Shown: positions 1-9,026 of the stretch, in pieces
Position numbering within the stretch: position 1 is the first letter of the stretch
Layout: each line of letters opens with the position of its first letter
Assembly: GCA_965203575.1 (NCBI GenBank)
Contig: OZ241894.1
Location: 3,818,841 to 3,882,840 of the forward strand
Reading direction: 5' to 3'
DNA: 64,000 bases
From: Candidatus Aldehydirespirator sp.
GTDB taxonomy: Bacteria > Actinomycetota > Acidimicrobiia > Acidimicrobiales > Aldehydirespiratoraceae
The notes under the pieces: model-generated
The model's database searches: none
What the model was told of the DNA's origin: nothing
The model's input: the letters and a program-made list of their open reading frames with translations, nothing else
Program-made: the position numbers and the translations under genes

Positions 1-777
1 GTCGTCGACGACGAGGGCTTCACCCGCATCCCGCCCGATATGCCCAATGTCGGCATCAACGTCGGCCCGATGCTGGCCGCGCTGGCGGTGCTGGCCGCGG
101 TCATCAAGGCCCGCGACACCGGCGAGGGCTGTGAGATCGAGGTGGCCCAGTCCGACGCCTCGGCCTACATGGACTGGTACCGCATCGAGTCCGAGCGGGC
201 CTACCTGCGACCGGAGGACGAGGTGACCGGCAACCCGTCCGACGACTACGAGCGCCGCCCCGCGGGCCTGGCCGGCATGTGGGAGGGCGTGCGCTACCAG
301 GCCTACGCCGCGGCCGACGGCCATGTGCTGTTCATGGCCTCGGAGCAGGCTTTCTGGCGCAACTTCTGCGAGGGCGTGGACCGCATGGACCTGTTCGAGC
401 GGTGGCCGGGGTCGACCTACGCCGACCACGCCCGGGGCAACACCGAACTGCAACACGAACTCAAGGCCATCTTCGCCACCAGGACCTGCGCCGAGTGGCT
501 CGACTTCAGCAACGAGGCCAACACCCCCATCGCGCCGTTCAACACCCCGGCCAACATCGGCGACGACCCCCAGTTCCAGGCCCGCATCGGCTTCCTGCCC
601 ACCGACGAGGTCGGCTGCGAGCAACTCCCGCTGCCCGTCTATGTCGACGGCGCCAAGCCCCCCAATCCCTCCATGGCCCCCACCGTCGGCCAGCACACCG
701 ACGAGGTAATCGGCCAGGTCCTGGGCCGCAGCCCCGACCAGATCGCCGACCTCAGATCCAACGGAGCCTTCGGCTAG
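1..777 (+). CDS. CoA-transferase family III (CaiB/BaiF type), 3' part; 5' end lies outside the window
   Basis: Frame 1 is open from the window edge to TAG 775-777. The C-terminal sequence (..GCEIEVAQSDASAYMDWYR..QHTDEVIGQVLG) resembles family III acyl-CoA transferases and parallels the full-length paralogue at 15455-16645. Confidence 0.7.
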   Translation, partial: VVDDEGFTRIPPDMPNVGINVGPMLAALAVLAAVIKARDTGEGCEIEVAQSDASAYMDWYRIESERAYLRPEDEVTGNPSDDYERRPAGLAGMWEGVRYQAYAAADGHVLFMASEQAFWRNFCEGVDRMDLFERWPGSTYADHARGNTELQHELKAIFATRTCAEWLDFSNEANTPIAPFNTPANIGDDPQFQARIGFLPTDEVGCEQLPLPVYVDGAKPPNPSMAPTVGQHTDEVIGQVLGRSPDQIADLRSNGAFG

Positions 778-1757
778 CCCCGGGAGACGATCACCTCGCG
801 GCCGGGGGCCTCGGGCTCGTCGTCGACCATCTCGGCCGGGAACCCGGGGGCCAGCACAGACACGCCGGTGGCCTCCTCCAGGCGCCGGACCACGTTGGGT
901 GACCACTCCCGGGGCCCGTAGCGGGCCGCTGCGTCATCGAAGATGTCGATGAGCACCGGCGACAGCTCCAGCGGAACCCCGGCCCGCTCGGCCACCGCGG
1001 CGAACAGTGACAGGTCCTTCTGCACCAGATCCATGGTGAAGTTGATGTCCCGGCTGCCGTTGAGCATCACCTGGCTCTCGGTCTCATGCACGAACGAGTT
1101 GCCCGACGAGATCCGGATGGCCTCATAGGCGGTGTTCAGGTCGATCCCGGCCTGCTTCGACGTGACCAGCGCCTCGCACAGCGACACCAGGTTGGCGGTG
1201 GCCAGGTAGTTGGTGACCACCTTCAGGATCGAGGCCGAACCGATGGGGCCGGCGTGCAGGATGTTGCGTCCCATGGCGGTGAGCACCGGCAGCGCTCGCT
1301 CGAAGGTGAGCCGGTCACAGCCCGCGAAGATCGAGATGTTGCCGGTGGCGGCCCGGTGGCAACCGCCCGACACCGGGCAGTCCACCGCCGCGCCGCCCGC
1401 CTCGGTCACCAGCGCAGCCAGGCGACGCACCTCCGCTTCGTCGGTGGTGCTCATCTCGGCCCAGATGGGGGGCTCGCCGCCAGTCCCGCGGCCCGCCCGG
1501 GCAGCCAGGCCGGCCAGGATTCCGTCATCGTCCTCCATGACCGCCGCGCTGGCCGCGGGGCTGGGCAGGCAGGTGATCACCATGTCGGCGGCAACAGCCA
1601 TCTCCGCGGGACTGTCGGCCCAGCCGGCTCCTTCCGCCTCCAGCGCGGCCGCCGCTGAGCGGTCCAGATCCCGCACCACCAGATCGAAGCCGTTGCGCAG
1701 CAGGCTGCCGGCCAGCTTCGACCCCACATTCCCCAATCCGATGAACCCCACTCTCAT
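774..1757 (-). CDS. NAD(P)-dependent 3-hydroxyisobutyrate / 6-phosphogluconate dehydrogenase-like oxidoreductase
   Basis: Rossmann motif MRVGFIGLGNVGSKLA at the N-terminus. A GGAGGAGG Shine-Dalgarno lies ~7 nt upstream of ATG 1757. The ORF-track start at 1820 is rejected. The ATG overlaps the stop of the upstream gene (ATGA). Confidence 0.8.
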   Translation of the reverse strand: MRVGFIGLGNVGSKLAGSLLRNGFDLVVRDLDRSAAAALEAEGAGWADSPAEMAVAADMVITCLPSPAASAAVMEDDDGILAGLAARAGRGTGGEPPIWAEMSTTDEAEVRRLAALVTEAGGAAVDCPVSGGCHRAATGNISIFAGCDRLTFERALPVLTAMGRNILHAGPIGSASILKVVTNYLATANLVSLCEALVTSKQAGIDLNTAYEAIRISSGNSFVHETESQVMLNGSRDINFTMDLVQKDLSLFAAVAERAGVPLELSPVLIDIFDDAAARYGPREWSPNVVRRLEEATGVSVLAPGFPAEMVDDEPEAPGREVIVSRG

Positions 1758-2596
1758 AGTTGGCCTCCTCCCCTCAAGCCGGCAATGAACGCCTCCACCG
1801 CCAACACGGCGTCGGCGCATGCTGTCACTCGATCAACATCAGGATGATCGAACACAATCTGCGAGGCGTATGCGTCGGAACCTTGAGCGTCCTTGTCGGC
1901 AAAGTTCGCGCCGAGGTCGGCTATCGCGGGCTGGAGCGCCTTCAGGTCATCCGAGAACTTCGCCAGCACTCCGTCCGCGGCAGCCTCAGGACCGCCGCGG
2001 TCGTTGTGGAGCAGCACGAACGCGATGTCGTACCAGTCCTTGGGTTGACGACGTGAGTAGGCCGCCTCGATCTTCGCGAGAAGGAACCCGGCGAGGCCGG
2101 TGACGTTCACCTCGGCATGCAGATGCTCGCCTTCGACGACCGTGAACAGCCGCTGCACCTCGATATCGCGGGTCGCGTAGCCGGTGCCGCGAAGATTGGC
2201 CGCCCCCAGTTTGCCGGATTGCACGAACGTGGCCGTCGCGCCGGCCGGCTGATCAGGGAGGTCCGCGAGAAACTCGAACTTGATGACCGCAGGGGGCGAC
2301 GGGCTTCGGGCCTTCCATCTCCAGATTCGCGTGGCGTCCGGCTCGAACTCGGCCTTCCGAAGGGCCTGCTCCAGCCGGGCGGCGTTGACGCTGCCCGCCG
2401 CGATCTCAAGGTCCACCTGGACATCGATGTCGATAGTGCCAGCATGGCCGTACGGGCTGGCAGCGCAAAGGAGTTCAGGTACCAGACCACCGATAAGCAC
2501 GAACTCGGGACGGGTGCCGTAGTGGTGGGCGACACGTACCAGGGCCCGCTCGACTGCCGTTCTTGCCTGCTGAGATCGGGGCTGCTCAGGGTCCAT
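1754..2596 (-). CDS. AbiEii/AbiGii-like nucleotidyltransferase toxin (type IV TA family)
   Basis: 280 aa. It carries an NTase-like GG..(x20)..TIDIDV motif and RQPKDWYDIAFVL, both as remembered for AbiEii. It overlaps the upstream partner by 11 nt. Confidence 0.65.
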   Translation of the reverse strand: MDPEQPRSQQARTAVERALVRVAHHYGTRPEFVLIGGLVPELLCAASPYGHAGTIDIDVQVDLEIAAGSVNAARLEQALRKAEFEPDATRIWRWKARSPSPPAVIKFEFLADLPDQPAGATATFVQSGKLGAANLRGTGYATRDIEVQRLFTVVEGEHLHAEVNVTGLAGFLLAKIEAAYSRRQPKDWYDIAFVLLHNDRGGPEAAADGVLAKFSDDLKALQPAIADLGANFADKDAQGSDAYASQIVFDHPDVDRVTACADAVLAVEAFIAGLRGGGQL

Positions 2597-3623
2597 CCAT
2601 GACCTCCCGGAGATGTTCGGCAGCCTCTTCGCCTCTCACGCCGGCCCTGCGGAGGTCGACAAAAACACGCGGCCACGGGGCGACGCGCAATCCGTTGACG
2701 GTGGAGGCCAAGTGTTCCGCTGCCACAGTCGGAAACGGCGAGAGCGTGAGCCGTCCGCCGTCGATGGGCCGCAACCCAGCCGCGCCAGCGACGGCTTCAA
2801 GGCCCGCCGGTGTGTTGGCATCGACATAGGCCTCGACGGAGGTGACGTTGGTGACGAGCGGCGCCATCACCGCAGCGGCAGCCAGACCGGTCGCGGCCCA
2901 CGACAGGTTCGCCCTATCCCAGCGGCGACCTGCCTCGACCATGCCATCAACCGGGTCCCGCCAAGTGATCCCGACGGACAGCGTGATGGTGTCGCCAGCC
3001 GCCTCCTCGGCCGCCGCGGCGTAAGCCTCGAGGAGCTTGTCTCGATCGGTGAGTCTTCGTGCTGAGCGCCGGCCCCTGGGAGCATCGGCGGTGAGCAGGC
3101 CGCAGGACATAAGGAAACGGAGCGCGTTCGTGCAGCTGCCGGTTGCGAGACCAGTCGCGGCTGCTGCATCCGCGACGGTCGGCCTGGATCCGACTAGGAG
3201 CGCCTCGGCTACAGCCAGAACCGAACGCGTCCAGCTCTGAGGTTTCGAGACCAGCGCGCGACCGCGGCCCGATTTCGAGACGATGAGCGAGCCCAACGCG
3301 ATCTCCGCGGCACCGGTCTCGTCGACCCACCCGATCCCGAGTTCAGACAGCATCTGCCGGGCGCCCGGCGAGAACTGCCGCGCGACGACGATGACCGGCT
3401 GCAGCATGGGCCTGCGAAGCAACTCCGTGACTCTGCCGAGCGTGCCTTCGCCGACCCACTTGACCTCGACCGGTTGTCCCCCAATGAGCAGGTCCGGCCT
3501 AGCACCGGAATCCTGGGGTACCTCCACCAGTGCCGCACGCGGCAGGACGTCCAAGATCGCTTGAATGGAGCGATGGTGCCCGCGACGGCTAGCGGTGAGT
3601 GTCTCGGGGGATGTCTCCGGCAT
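2586..3623 (-). CDS. AbiEi-like antitoxin / wHTH regulator (putative) with an extra N-terminal D..ExK-type domain
   Basis: ATG at 3623 (ORF-track start 3728 rejected). There is a wHTH-like stretch, SRPTVADAAAATGLATGSCTNALRFLMSCGLL. The gene sits directly upstream of, and overlaps, the AbiEii-like gene. The N-terminal part contains PDLLIGGQPVEVKW. Confidence 0.5.
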   Translation of the reverse strand: MPETSPETLTASRRGHHRSIQAILDVLPRAALVEVPQDSGARPDLLIGGQPVEVKWVGEGTLGRVTELLRRPMLQPVIVVARQFSPGARQMLSELGIGWVDETGAAEIALGSLIVSKSGRGRALVSKPQSWTRSVLAVAEALLVGSRPTVADAAAATGLATGSCTNALRFLMSCGLLTADAPRGRRSARRLTDRDKLLEAYAAAAEEAAGDTITLSVGITWRDPVDGMVEAGRRWDRANLSWAATGLAAAAVMAPLVTNVTSVEAYVDANTPAGLEAVAGAAGLRPIDGGRLTLSPFPTVAAEHLASTVNGLRVAPWPRVFVDLRRAGVRGEEAAEHLREVMDGP

Positions 3624-3757
3624 GGCTAATACCTCACCAAAACATGATACCTCAGTGTGAGACTGAAGTAAATGTCTCCGGCGCGACAACCCCGAAAATT
3701 GGGCGATGGGCGGCGGCTGCGCTTGCATTCGACCCTTGGTCCGGCGACGCTAGCGCT

Positions 3758-4789
3758 GTGGCCCGAGCACCGAAGGGAATCGATCCGGAGCCGGTCACGG
3801 CCTGGCTGGCCGGCGAGGTGGGGGTGGTCCCACCCCTCGACTTCGATCCCATCGCGGGAGGAGCCTCCAACCTGACATTCGTGGTGACCGACGCCAGCGG
3901 CCGCCGGGTGGTGCTGCGGCGCCCACCCACCGGCCATGTGCTGGCCAGCGCCCACGACATGACCCGCGAGCACCGGGTGATCTCCGCCCTGGCACCCACC
4001 GCGGTGCCGGTGCCGCCCGCTCTGGGCCTGTGCACTGACGCAGACATCAACGGCGCCGACTTCTACGTGATGGACTTCGTGGACGGCTCGGTCGTGTTCG
4101 ACCGCACCGACGCCATGAACGTGGCCGAGGCGGTGCGACCGGTGATGGCCCGATCGATCGTCGACACCCTCGCGGACCTTCACTCCCTCGACCCCGACGA
4201 CGTCGGGCTGGGCGATCTCGGCCGCCGCGAGGGTTACTGCGCCCGCCAGTTGCGGCGCTGGCAGCGCCAGGTGGACGAGGGCTCCGACCGCGACCTGCCC
4301 CTGGTGCGGGCCCTGCACGACCGGCTGGTGGCCACGATCCCCGAGCAGCAGGGGGTGGGGATCGTGCACGGCGACTACCGCCTCGACAACTGCATCATGG
4401 CCGCCGACGGATCGGTGGCCGCAGTGCTCGACTGGGAGCTGTGCACCCTCGGCGACGTGCTGATCGACGTGGCCGGGCTGGTGACGTGGTGGGGCGACAC
4501 GGAGAGGGGCAAGGGCCGGCTGGCCGAGATGCCCACCACCGTCGAAGGCTTCGGCAGCCCTGCTGATGTTCTGGAGCGCTACAGCCGGCGATCCGACCGG
4601 GACCTGTCGTCGCTGGACTGGTACGTCGCGCTGCAGTTCTGGCGGGTGGCCTGCATCATCGAGGGCGTGAGGGTGCGCCACACCGCGGGCGCCATGGGCG
4701 ACAACCAACACTACGACGACACCGGCGCCCGGATGTTCATCGACTACTCCCTGGCCCGCTGCACCGAAGCCCTCGATTCGGTGTCCTGA
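3758..4789 (+). CDS. Phosphotransferase-family (APH-fold) kinase, of the type found next to acyl-CoA dehydrogenases
   Basis: Motifs GGASNLTF, VVLRRPP, HDMTREHRV and HGDYRLDNCIM. The start is uncertain. GTG 3758 is chosen because codons 3644-3757 have poor GC3; the ORF track starts at 3599. Confidence 0.75.
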   Translation: MARAPKGIDPEPVTAWLAGEVGVVPPLDFDPIAGGASNLTFVVTDASGRRVVLRRPPTGHVLASAHDMTREHRVISALAPTAVPVPPALGLCTDADINGADFYVMDFVDGSVVFDRTDAMNVAEAVRPVMARSIVDTLADLHSLDPDDVGLGDLGRREGYCARQLRRWQRQVDEGSDRDLPLVRALHDRLVATIPEQQGVGIVHGDYRLDNCIMAADGSVAAVLDWELCTLGDVLIDVAGLVTWWGDTERGKGRLAEMPTTVEGFGSPADVLERYSRRSDRDLSSLDWYVALQFWRVACIIEGVRVRHTAGAMGDNQHYDDTGARMFIDYSLARCTEALDSVS

Positions 4790-4888
4790 CGGCATGCGCG
4801 ACCCCGCCTACGACGTCCTGTTCGAGCCGGTGCCGATCGGCCCGCTGGTGGCCAAGAACCGGTTCTTCCAGGTGCCCCATGCAACGGC

Positions 4889-6871
4889 ATGGGCTACCGG
4901 GACCCCAGAGCCTGCGCCGAGATGCGGGCGGTCAAAGCCCAGGGCGGCTGGGCGGTGGTGTGCACCGAGGAGGCCGAGATCCACTACACGTCCGAGGTCA
5001 CGCCCTACATCGAGGCCAGAATCTGGGACGACAGCGACATCCCTGCGCTAGCGGTGATGACCGAGCGGGTCCACGACTGCGGGGCGCTGGCCGGAATCGA
5101 GCTCGCCTACAACGGACTCGACGGAACCAACCTCCACTCCCGTGTGGTCCCGCAGGCGCCGTCGGCGCTGCCGGTGATCTCCGGTTCCTCCCACCCCGTC
5201 CAGGCCCGAGCCATGACCAAGCGCGACATCGCCAACCTGCGTCGCTGGCACCGCCAAGCCGTGGACCGGTCGCTGCGGGCCGGCTTCGACCTCGTGTACG
5301 TGTACTCCGGTCACGCCCTCGGCGCGGCCCATCACTTCCTGTCGCGCCGCTACAACCACCGCAGCGACGAGTACGGAGGAAGCCTCCGCAATCGGATGAG
5401 ACTGCTGCGCGAGCTGCTCGAGGACGCGGTCGAGGAGGTGGCCGGACGGGCTGCGGTGGCCTGCAGGGTGACCGTGGACGAGACCATGTACCGCGACGGC
5501 ATCGACCGGGCCGAGATCGAGGAGGTGATCGGCGAGCTGGGCGAGATCCCCGACCTGTGGGACTTCGTGCCGGGCACCTGGGAGGACGACAGCGTCACGT
5601 CTCGCTTCAGCGCCGAGGCCCACGAGGAGCAGTGGGTGCGGGGCCTGAAGGCCCTCACCTCCAAGCCGGTGGTCGGGGTCGGCCGCTTCACATCGCCGGA
5701 CACGATGGTCCGCATGATACGCCAGGGCGTTCTCGACTTCATCGGCGCGGCCCGGCCCTCCATCGCCGACCCGTACCTGCCCCTCAAGATCGAGGAGGGC
5801 CGGCCGGAAGACATCCGCGAGTGCATCGGCTGCAACATCTGCGTGACCGGCGACTACACGATGTCGCCCATCCGCTGCACCCAGAACCCGTCGATGGGCG
5901 AGGAGTGGCGCCGGGGCTGGCATCCCGAGCGCTACCGCGCCCGCCACGCCGACGAGCGGGTGCTGGTGGTCGGTGGCGGCCCGGCCGGCCTGGAGGCGGC
6001 CATGGCGCTGGGCAAGAGGGGCTACGAGGTGGTGCTGGTGGAGAGGTCGCGCACTCTCGGTGGCCGGGTGGCGGCGGAGGCCCGGCTGCCGGGGCTGGCC
6101 GAGTGGATCCGGGTGGTGGACTACCGCGTGGGCCAGATCTCCCGGCTCGACAACGTCGAGCACTACCTGGAGAGCGACATGGACGCGGACGAAGCTCTGT
6201 CCTACGGCTTCGACCACATCGCGGTGGCCACCGGCTCGGTGTGGCGACGTGACGGTGTGGCCCGCTGGCACACCCGGGCCGGCGCCATGGCCATCGGCGA
6301 CCTGCCGGTGTACACGCCCGACGACATCCTGGCCGGAGCCCGCCCGCCCGCCGGCGCTCGGGTGGCCGTCTACGACGACGACCACTACTACATGGGAGGC
6401 GTCCTGGCCGAGCTGCTGCAAGCCGAGGGCTTCGAGGTGGCGCTGGCCACGCCGGAGCCGCTGGTGTCGGCGTGGACGGTCAACACCATGGAGCAGCACC
6501 GTATCCAGGCCCGTCTCATGGAGGCCGGCGTCGAACTGCACACGTCGAGCGCAGTGTCGGCGGTGCTCGACGACGGTCTGGGGACCGAATGCGCCTTCAC
6601 CGGACGCGAGGGGCGGATCGATGCCGACGCGGCCCTGCTGGTAACCGCCCGCCTGCCCGACGACGGACTCGTCCAGGATCTGCTGGCCCGGCGCGACGAG
6701 TGGGACGACCTCGGCCTGCGCAGTGTCCGGGCCGTGGGAGACGCCCTGGCTCCGGGCACGATCGCGGCTGCGGTGTGGGACGGACGCCGCTACTCGGAGG
6801 AACTGGAAACCCCCGCCGACGACCACGACACCACCCCCTACCGCCGCGAGCTCACCGCCCTGGACGCCTGA
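4889..6871 (+). CDS. Trimethylamine/dimethylamine/histamine dehydrogenase-family flavoprotein (FMN barrel + 4Fe-4S + ADP-binding domains); N-terminal ~28 codons are in another frame
   Basis: Collinear with TMADH as I remember it: GGWAVVCTEEAEI, RSDEYGGSLRNR, the 4Fe-4S motif CIGCNICV..C and GGGPAGLEAA. The family N-terminus MRDPAYDVLFEPVPIGPLVAKNRFFQVPH is encoded at 4794-4880 in a different frame. Confidence 0.8.
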   Translation: MGYRDPRACAEMRAVKAQGGWAVVCTEEAEIHYTSEVTPYIEARIWDDSDIPALAVMTERVHDCGALAGIELAYNGLDGTNLHSRVVPQAPSALPVISGSSHPVQARAMTKRDIANLRRWHRQAVDRSLRAGFDLVYVYSGHALGAAHHFLSRRYNHRSDEYGGSLRNRMRLLRELLEDAVEEVAGRAAVACRVTVDETMYRDGIDRAEIEEVIGELGEIPDLWDFVPGTWEDDSVTSRFSAEAHEEQWVRGLKALTSKPVVGVGRFTSPDTMVRMIRQGVLDFIGAARPSIADPYLPLKIEEGRPEDIRECIGCNICVTGDYTMSPIRCTQNPSMGEEWRRGWHPERYRARHADERVLVVGGGPAGLEAAMALGKRGYEVVLVERSRTLGGRVAAEARLPGLAEWIRVVDYRVGQISRLDNVEHYLESDMDADEALSYGFDHIAVATGSVWRRDGVARWHTRAGAMAIGDLPVYTPDDILAGARPPAGARVAVYDDDHYYMGGVLAELLQAEGFEVALATPEPLVSAWTVNTMEQHRIQARLMEAGVELHTSSAVSAVLDDGLGTECAFTGREGRIDADAALLVTARLPDDGLVQDLLARRDEWDDLGLRSVRAVGDALAPGTIAAAVWDGRRYSEELETPADDHDTTPYRRELTALDA

Positions 6872-6879
6872 TTCGAGGT

Positions 6880-7668
6880 CTAGCCTGGCGAGGCCGACGA
6901 CCATCCGCAGTTGGGGCGCTCGGCACCGAGGGCGTCGAGGCGGGCGGAGTACACCACCAGAAGCTCGTCGCTGGAGAGGAACATCACATCGATGAGGCGG
7001 TAGTCGGGACCGACCTCCGCCAGTGCCACGCCGGAGGTGTAGGTGTAGTCGGCGTCGATCGTGTCGTAACGGATGCGGTCAGCCAAGCCAACGAGGCGTC
7101 CTCGAGCCTGCTGAGGTGACATCGCCCAGAGTTCGATGCAGACAGACGAGGTCACGGTGACATCGTAGCGCTCTCCGTCCCGGGCGTTGCGACCATAATG
7201 AACGGTGAGCAGCCCGTCTATCTCACGGGGCAGCACGATTCGCTCGCTGCGGCCGGTGTCATCGAAGACGACGCTGGCGGTCGTCATTCCGGTGCCCGCC
7301 ACAGCCACGACCTGCCCGACCAGCTCGGGAGGCGCCGGTCGGGCCAAGAACTCCACGGGGATTCCGAGTTCGTCACGCAGCTGACGCTCGGCAGTCCGAG
7401 GGGCGGTTACGAGGTCGACTATCTCCACGTGGACCTCCTGCTCCAAATACACAACCTTGAAGGGGCCTGCCACCGCGGCATCAGGCCCAAGCAGGGCGAA
7501 CACTGCCCACGCCACGGCGGCCGCAGCAGCCGCTCCCACGGCGACTAGCCCGATGCTCCTTCCGCGGCGAGTCATGGGGCCCGGTCGACGACCCTCGACT
7601 CGACGTGCGGCTGCTGCACGAAGTTCGCGGCCCAGTTGCTGTTCGAAGTCAGAAACGCTGTGTGTCAT
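6880..7668 (-). CDS. Putative anti-sigma factor / single-pass membrane protein
   Basis: Overlaps the ECF sigma gene by ATGA. It has a cytoplasmic N-terminus, one TM segment (IGLVAVGAAAAAAVAWAVFALL) and an extracytoplasmic C-terminal domain. No family was recognised. Confidence 0.55.
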   Translation of the reverse strand: MTHSVSDFEQQLGRELRAAAARRVEGRRPGPMTRRGRSIGLVAVGAAAAAAVAWAVFALLGPDAAVAGPFKVVYLEQEVHVEIVDLVTAPRTAERQLRDELGIPVEFLARPAPPELVGQVVAVAGTGMTTASVVFDDTGRSERIVLPREIDGLLTVHYGRNARDGERYDVTVTSSVCIELWAMSPQQARGRLVGLADRIRYDTIDADYTYTSGVALAEVGPDYRLIDVMFLSSDELLVVYSARLDALGAERPNCGWSSASPG

Positions 7669-8255
7669 GGCTCGCCATCTGAAGGCGCGTCGAATTCATC
7701 GCCCAGGCGGCGGAGCCCCCTGAAGACGAGGCTGCGCGCTGACCCGCGCGTGCAGCCCATCCTGCGGGCCACCTCGCCATAGTCCAACCGCTCGATGAAG
7801 CGCAAGCGCACCGCCTCACGGCTCTTGGCGGGCACTCGATTCAGCGCGGCCGCAAGCCGGTCGCTGTCGATCCGGGCTTCTATCGCCTCGATCTCCTCCC
7901 ATCCCGCATCAGGCGTCGCGGGCGTAACGATCTCCAGTCGGCGCCGCGCCCGCGAGGATACTCGATGTGACCGCCACATTGCCCTGAGCTGGTTGTTGGC
8001 GATCCCGAAGAGCCACTGCTGCGGCGTGCCCTTGGCGGGGTCGTAGCGGTCCACCCCGATGAGCGCTCCCGCGAAGGTCTCCGCCGCCAGGTCGGCGGAC
8101 ACCTCTCGATCGCGGGTCTGGGACCAGAAGTAGGACAGGACCGGCCGGAAGTTGCGCACATAGAAGACCGCGAAGGCTTCTGGATCGTGACGGACGTTGC
8201 CAAGGAGTTCGGCATCGCTGAAGCTGTCATACGCGCCCGACCCCTGTTTGATCAT
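7665..8255 (-). CDS. ECF-type RNA polymerase sigma-70 family factor
   Basis: 196 aa. Region 2 (FAVFYVRNFRPVLSYF..AAETFAGAL..YDP..QQWLFGIANN) and a region 4 HTH (REAVRLRFIERLDYGEVARRMGCTRGSARSLVFRGLRRL). Confidence 0.85.
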   Translation of the reverse strand: MIKQGSGAYDSFSDAELLGNVRHDPEAFAVFYVRNFRPVLSYFWSQTRDREVSADLAAETFAGALIGVDRYDPAKGTPQQWLFGIANNQLRAMWRSHRVSSRARRRLEIVTPATPDAGWEEIEAIEARIDSDRLAAALNRVPAKSREAVRLRFIERLDYGEVARRMGCTRGSARSLVFRGLRRLGDEFDAPSDGEP

Positions 8256-8317
8256 TGCCCGCGACGGTACGCATCAATCACTGCTCTTGCAATGGCCAGA
8301 ATAGAGGTTACTACGCG

Positions 8318-8833
8318 CTAGCCATAGCGGACGCAGGACGCCCTGTTGTTCATCGAGCCCAGCGATGTCGCTGCGCTGTAGATGCGATGAGGCCAGCCCA
8401 CACAGGTCGAGTAGTCGTAGAAGCTGGTGGGGCGCGCCCCGCAGTAGTGGCGCGACGACTCGATGTTGTTGTTCCATGTGCCGGTCGGGTACCACACGCC
8501 CCCGCCGCAGGTAGTCCCCACCACCCGAATCGACGAGCCGCTGTACCACCTCGACGAGTAGTGCAGGCCGATCGTGTTCGTGCCAGACGACTTGGCGGCC
8601 CGTTTCGACGCGGCTGCCGCGTGGCCCAACGACGCGGCATGGAGCGCGGCATCCGACTCCGCCGCGAAGCAGACCGCCGGACTTGTGAGAAGCACTCCGT
8701 CCGCCACTCCGGTCACCTCGACGACGCAGTGCCTTTCGATCTCCGGCCCCGCACTGGCGACTCCCGCAGTGGCGAGCCCCGAGGCGATGACCGCGACTGC
8801 GGCAGCGATTCGGCTCGGGCTGACGTTCCTCAT
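8318..8833 (-). CDS. Secreted Cys-containing protein, possibly beta/gamma-crystallin or I36-inhibitor-like C-terminal domain
   Basis: Signal peptide (RIAAAVAVIASGLATAGVASA). An SD rc(GGCCTCC)=GGAGGCC lies 3 nt upstream of the ATG. The C-terminal patterns WNNNIESS..C and MNNRASCVRY resemble Greek-key 'N-D/N-x-x-S-S' motifs. The functional call is tentative. Confidence 0.5.
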   Translation of the reverse strand: MRNVSPSRIAAAVAVIASGLATAGVASAGPEIERHCVVEVTGVADGVLLTSPAVCFAAESDAALHAASLGHAAAASKRAAKSSGTNTIGLHYSSRWYSGSSIRVVGTTCGGGVWYPTGTWNNNIESSRHYCGARPTSFYDYSTCVGWPHRIYSAATSLGSMNNRASCVRYG

Positions 8834-9026
8834 GACGGCCTCCTAAGGATGCGCGACCCCAGGAACCACCCCTGAGGTCCACTAACTACTTGTCGCCCGC
8901 CGGTCCAGCGTCGCGCGGACCGTCCCCAAGCAATTCGCCGCCCCCGCGCGACGCAACCGCCCCAGCCGACAAGTACCCGTCAAGGCGATCCAATTCGCCG
9001 ATCCTGTAACACAACCTACGCAATGA

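Noticed and set aside
4875-4885. Programmed -1 ribosomal frameshift as the explanation for the TMADH-family frame change
   Set aside because: I saw no slippery heptamer (the sequence is CCCCATGCAAC) and no obvious downstream structure. A 1-nt deletion or a sequencing error is the simpler explanation.
5048-6904. 618-aa minus-strand ORF
   Set aside because: It runs antisense to the well-supported TMADH-family gene. It has an Arg/Gly/His-rich composition typical of shadow ORFs in high-GC DNA, and no recognisable motifs.
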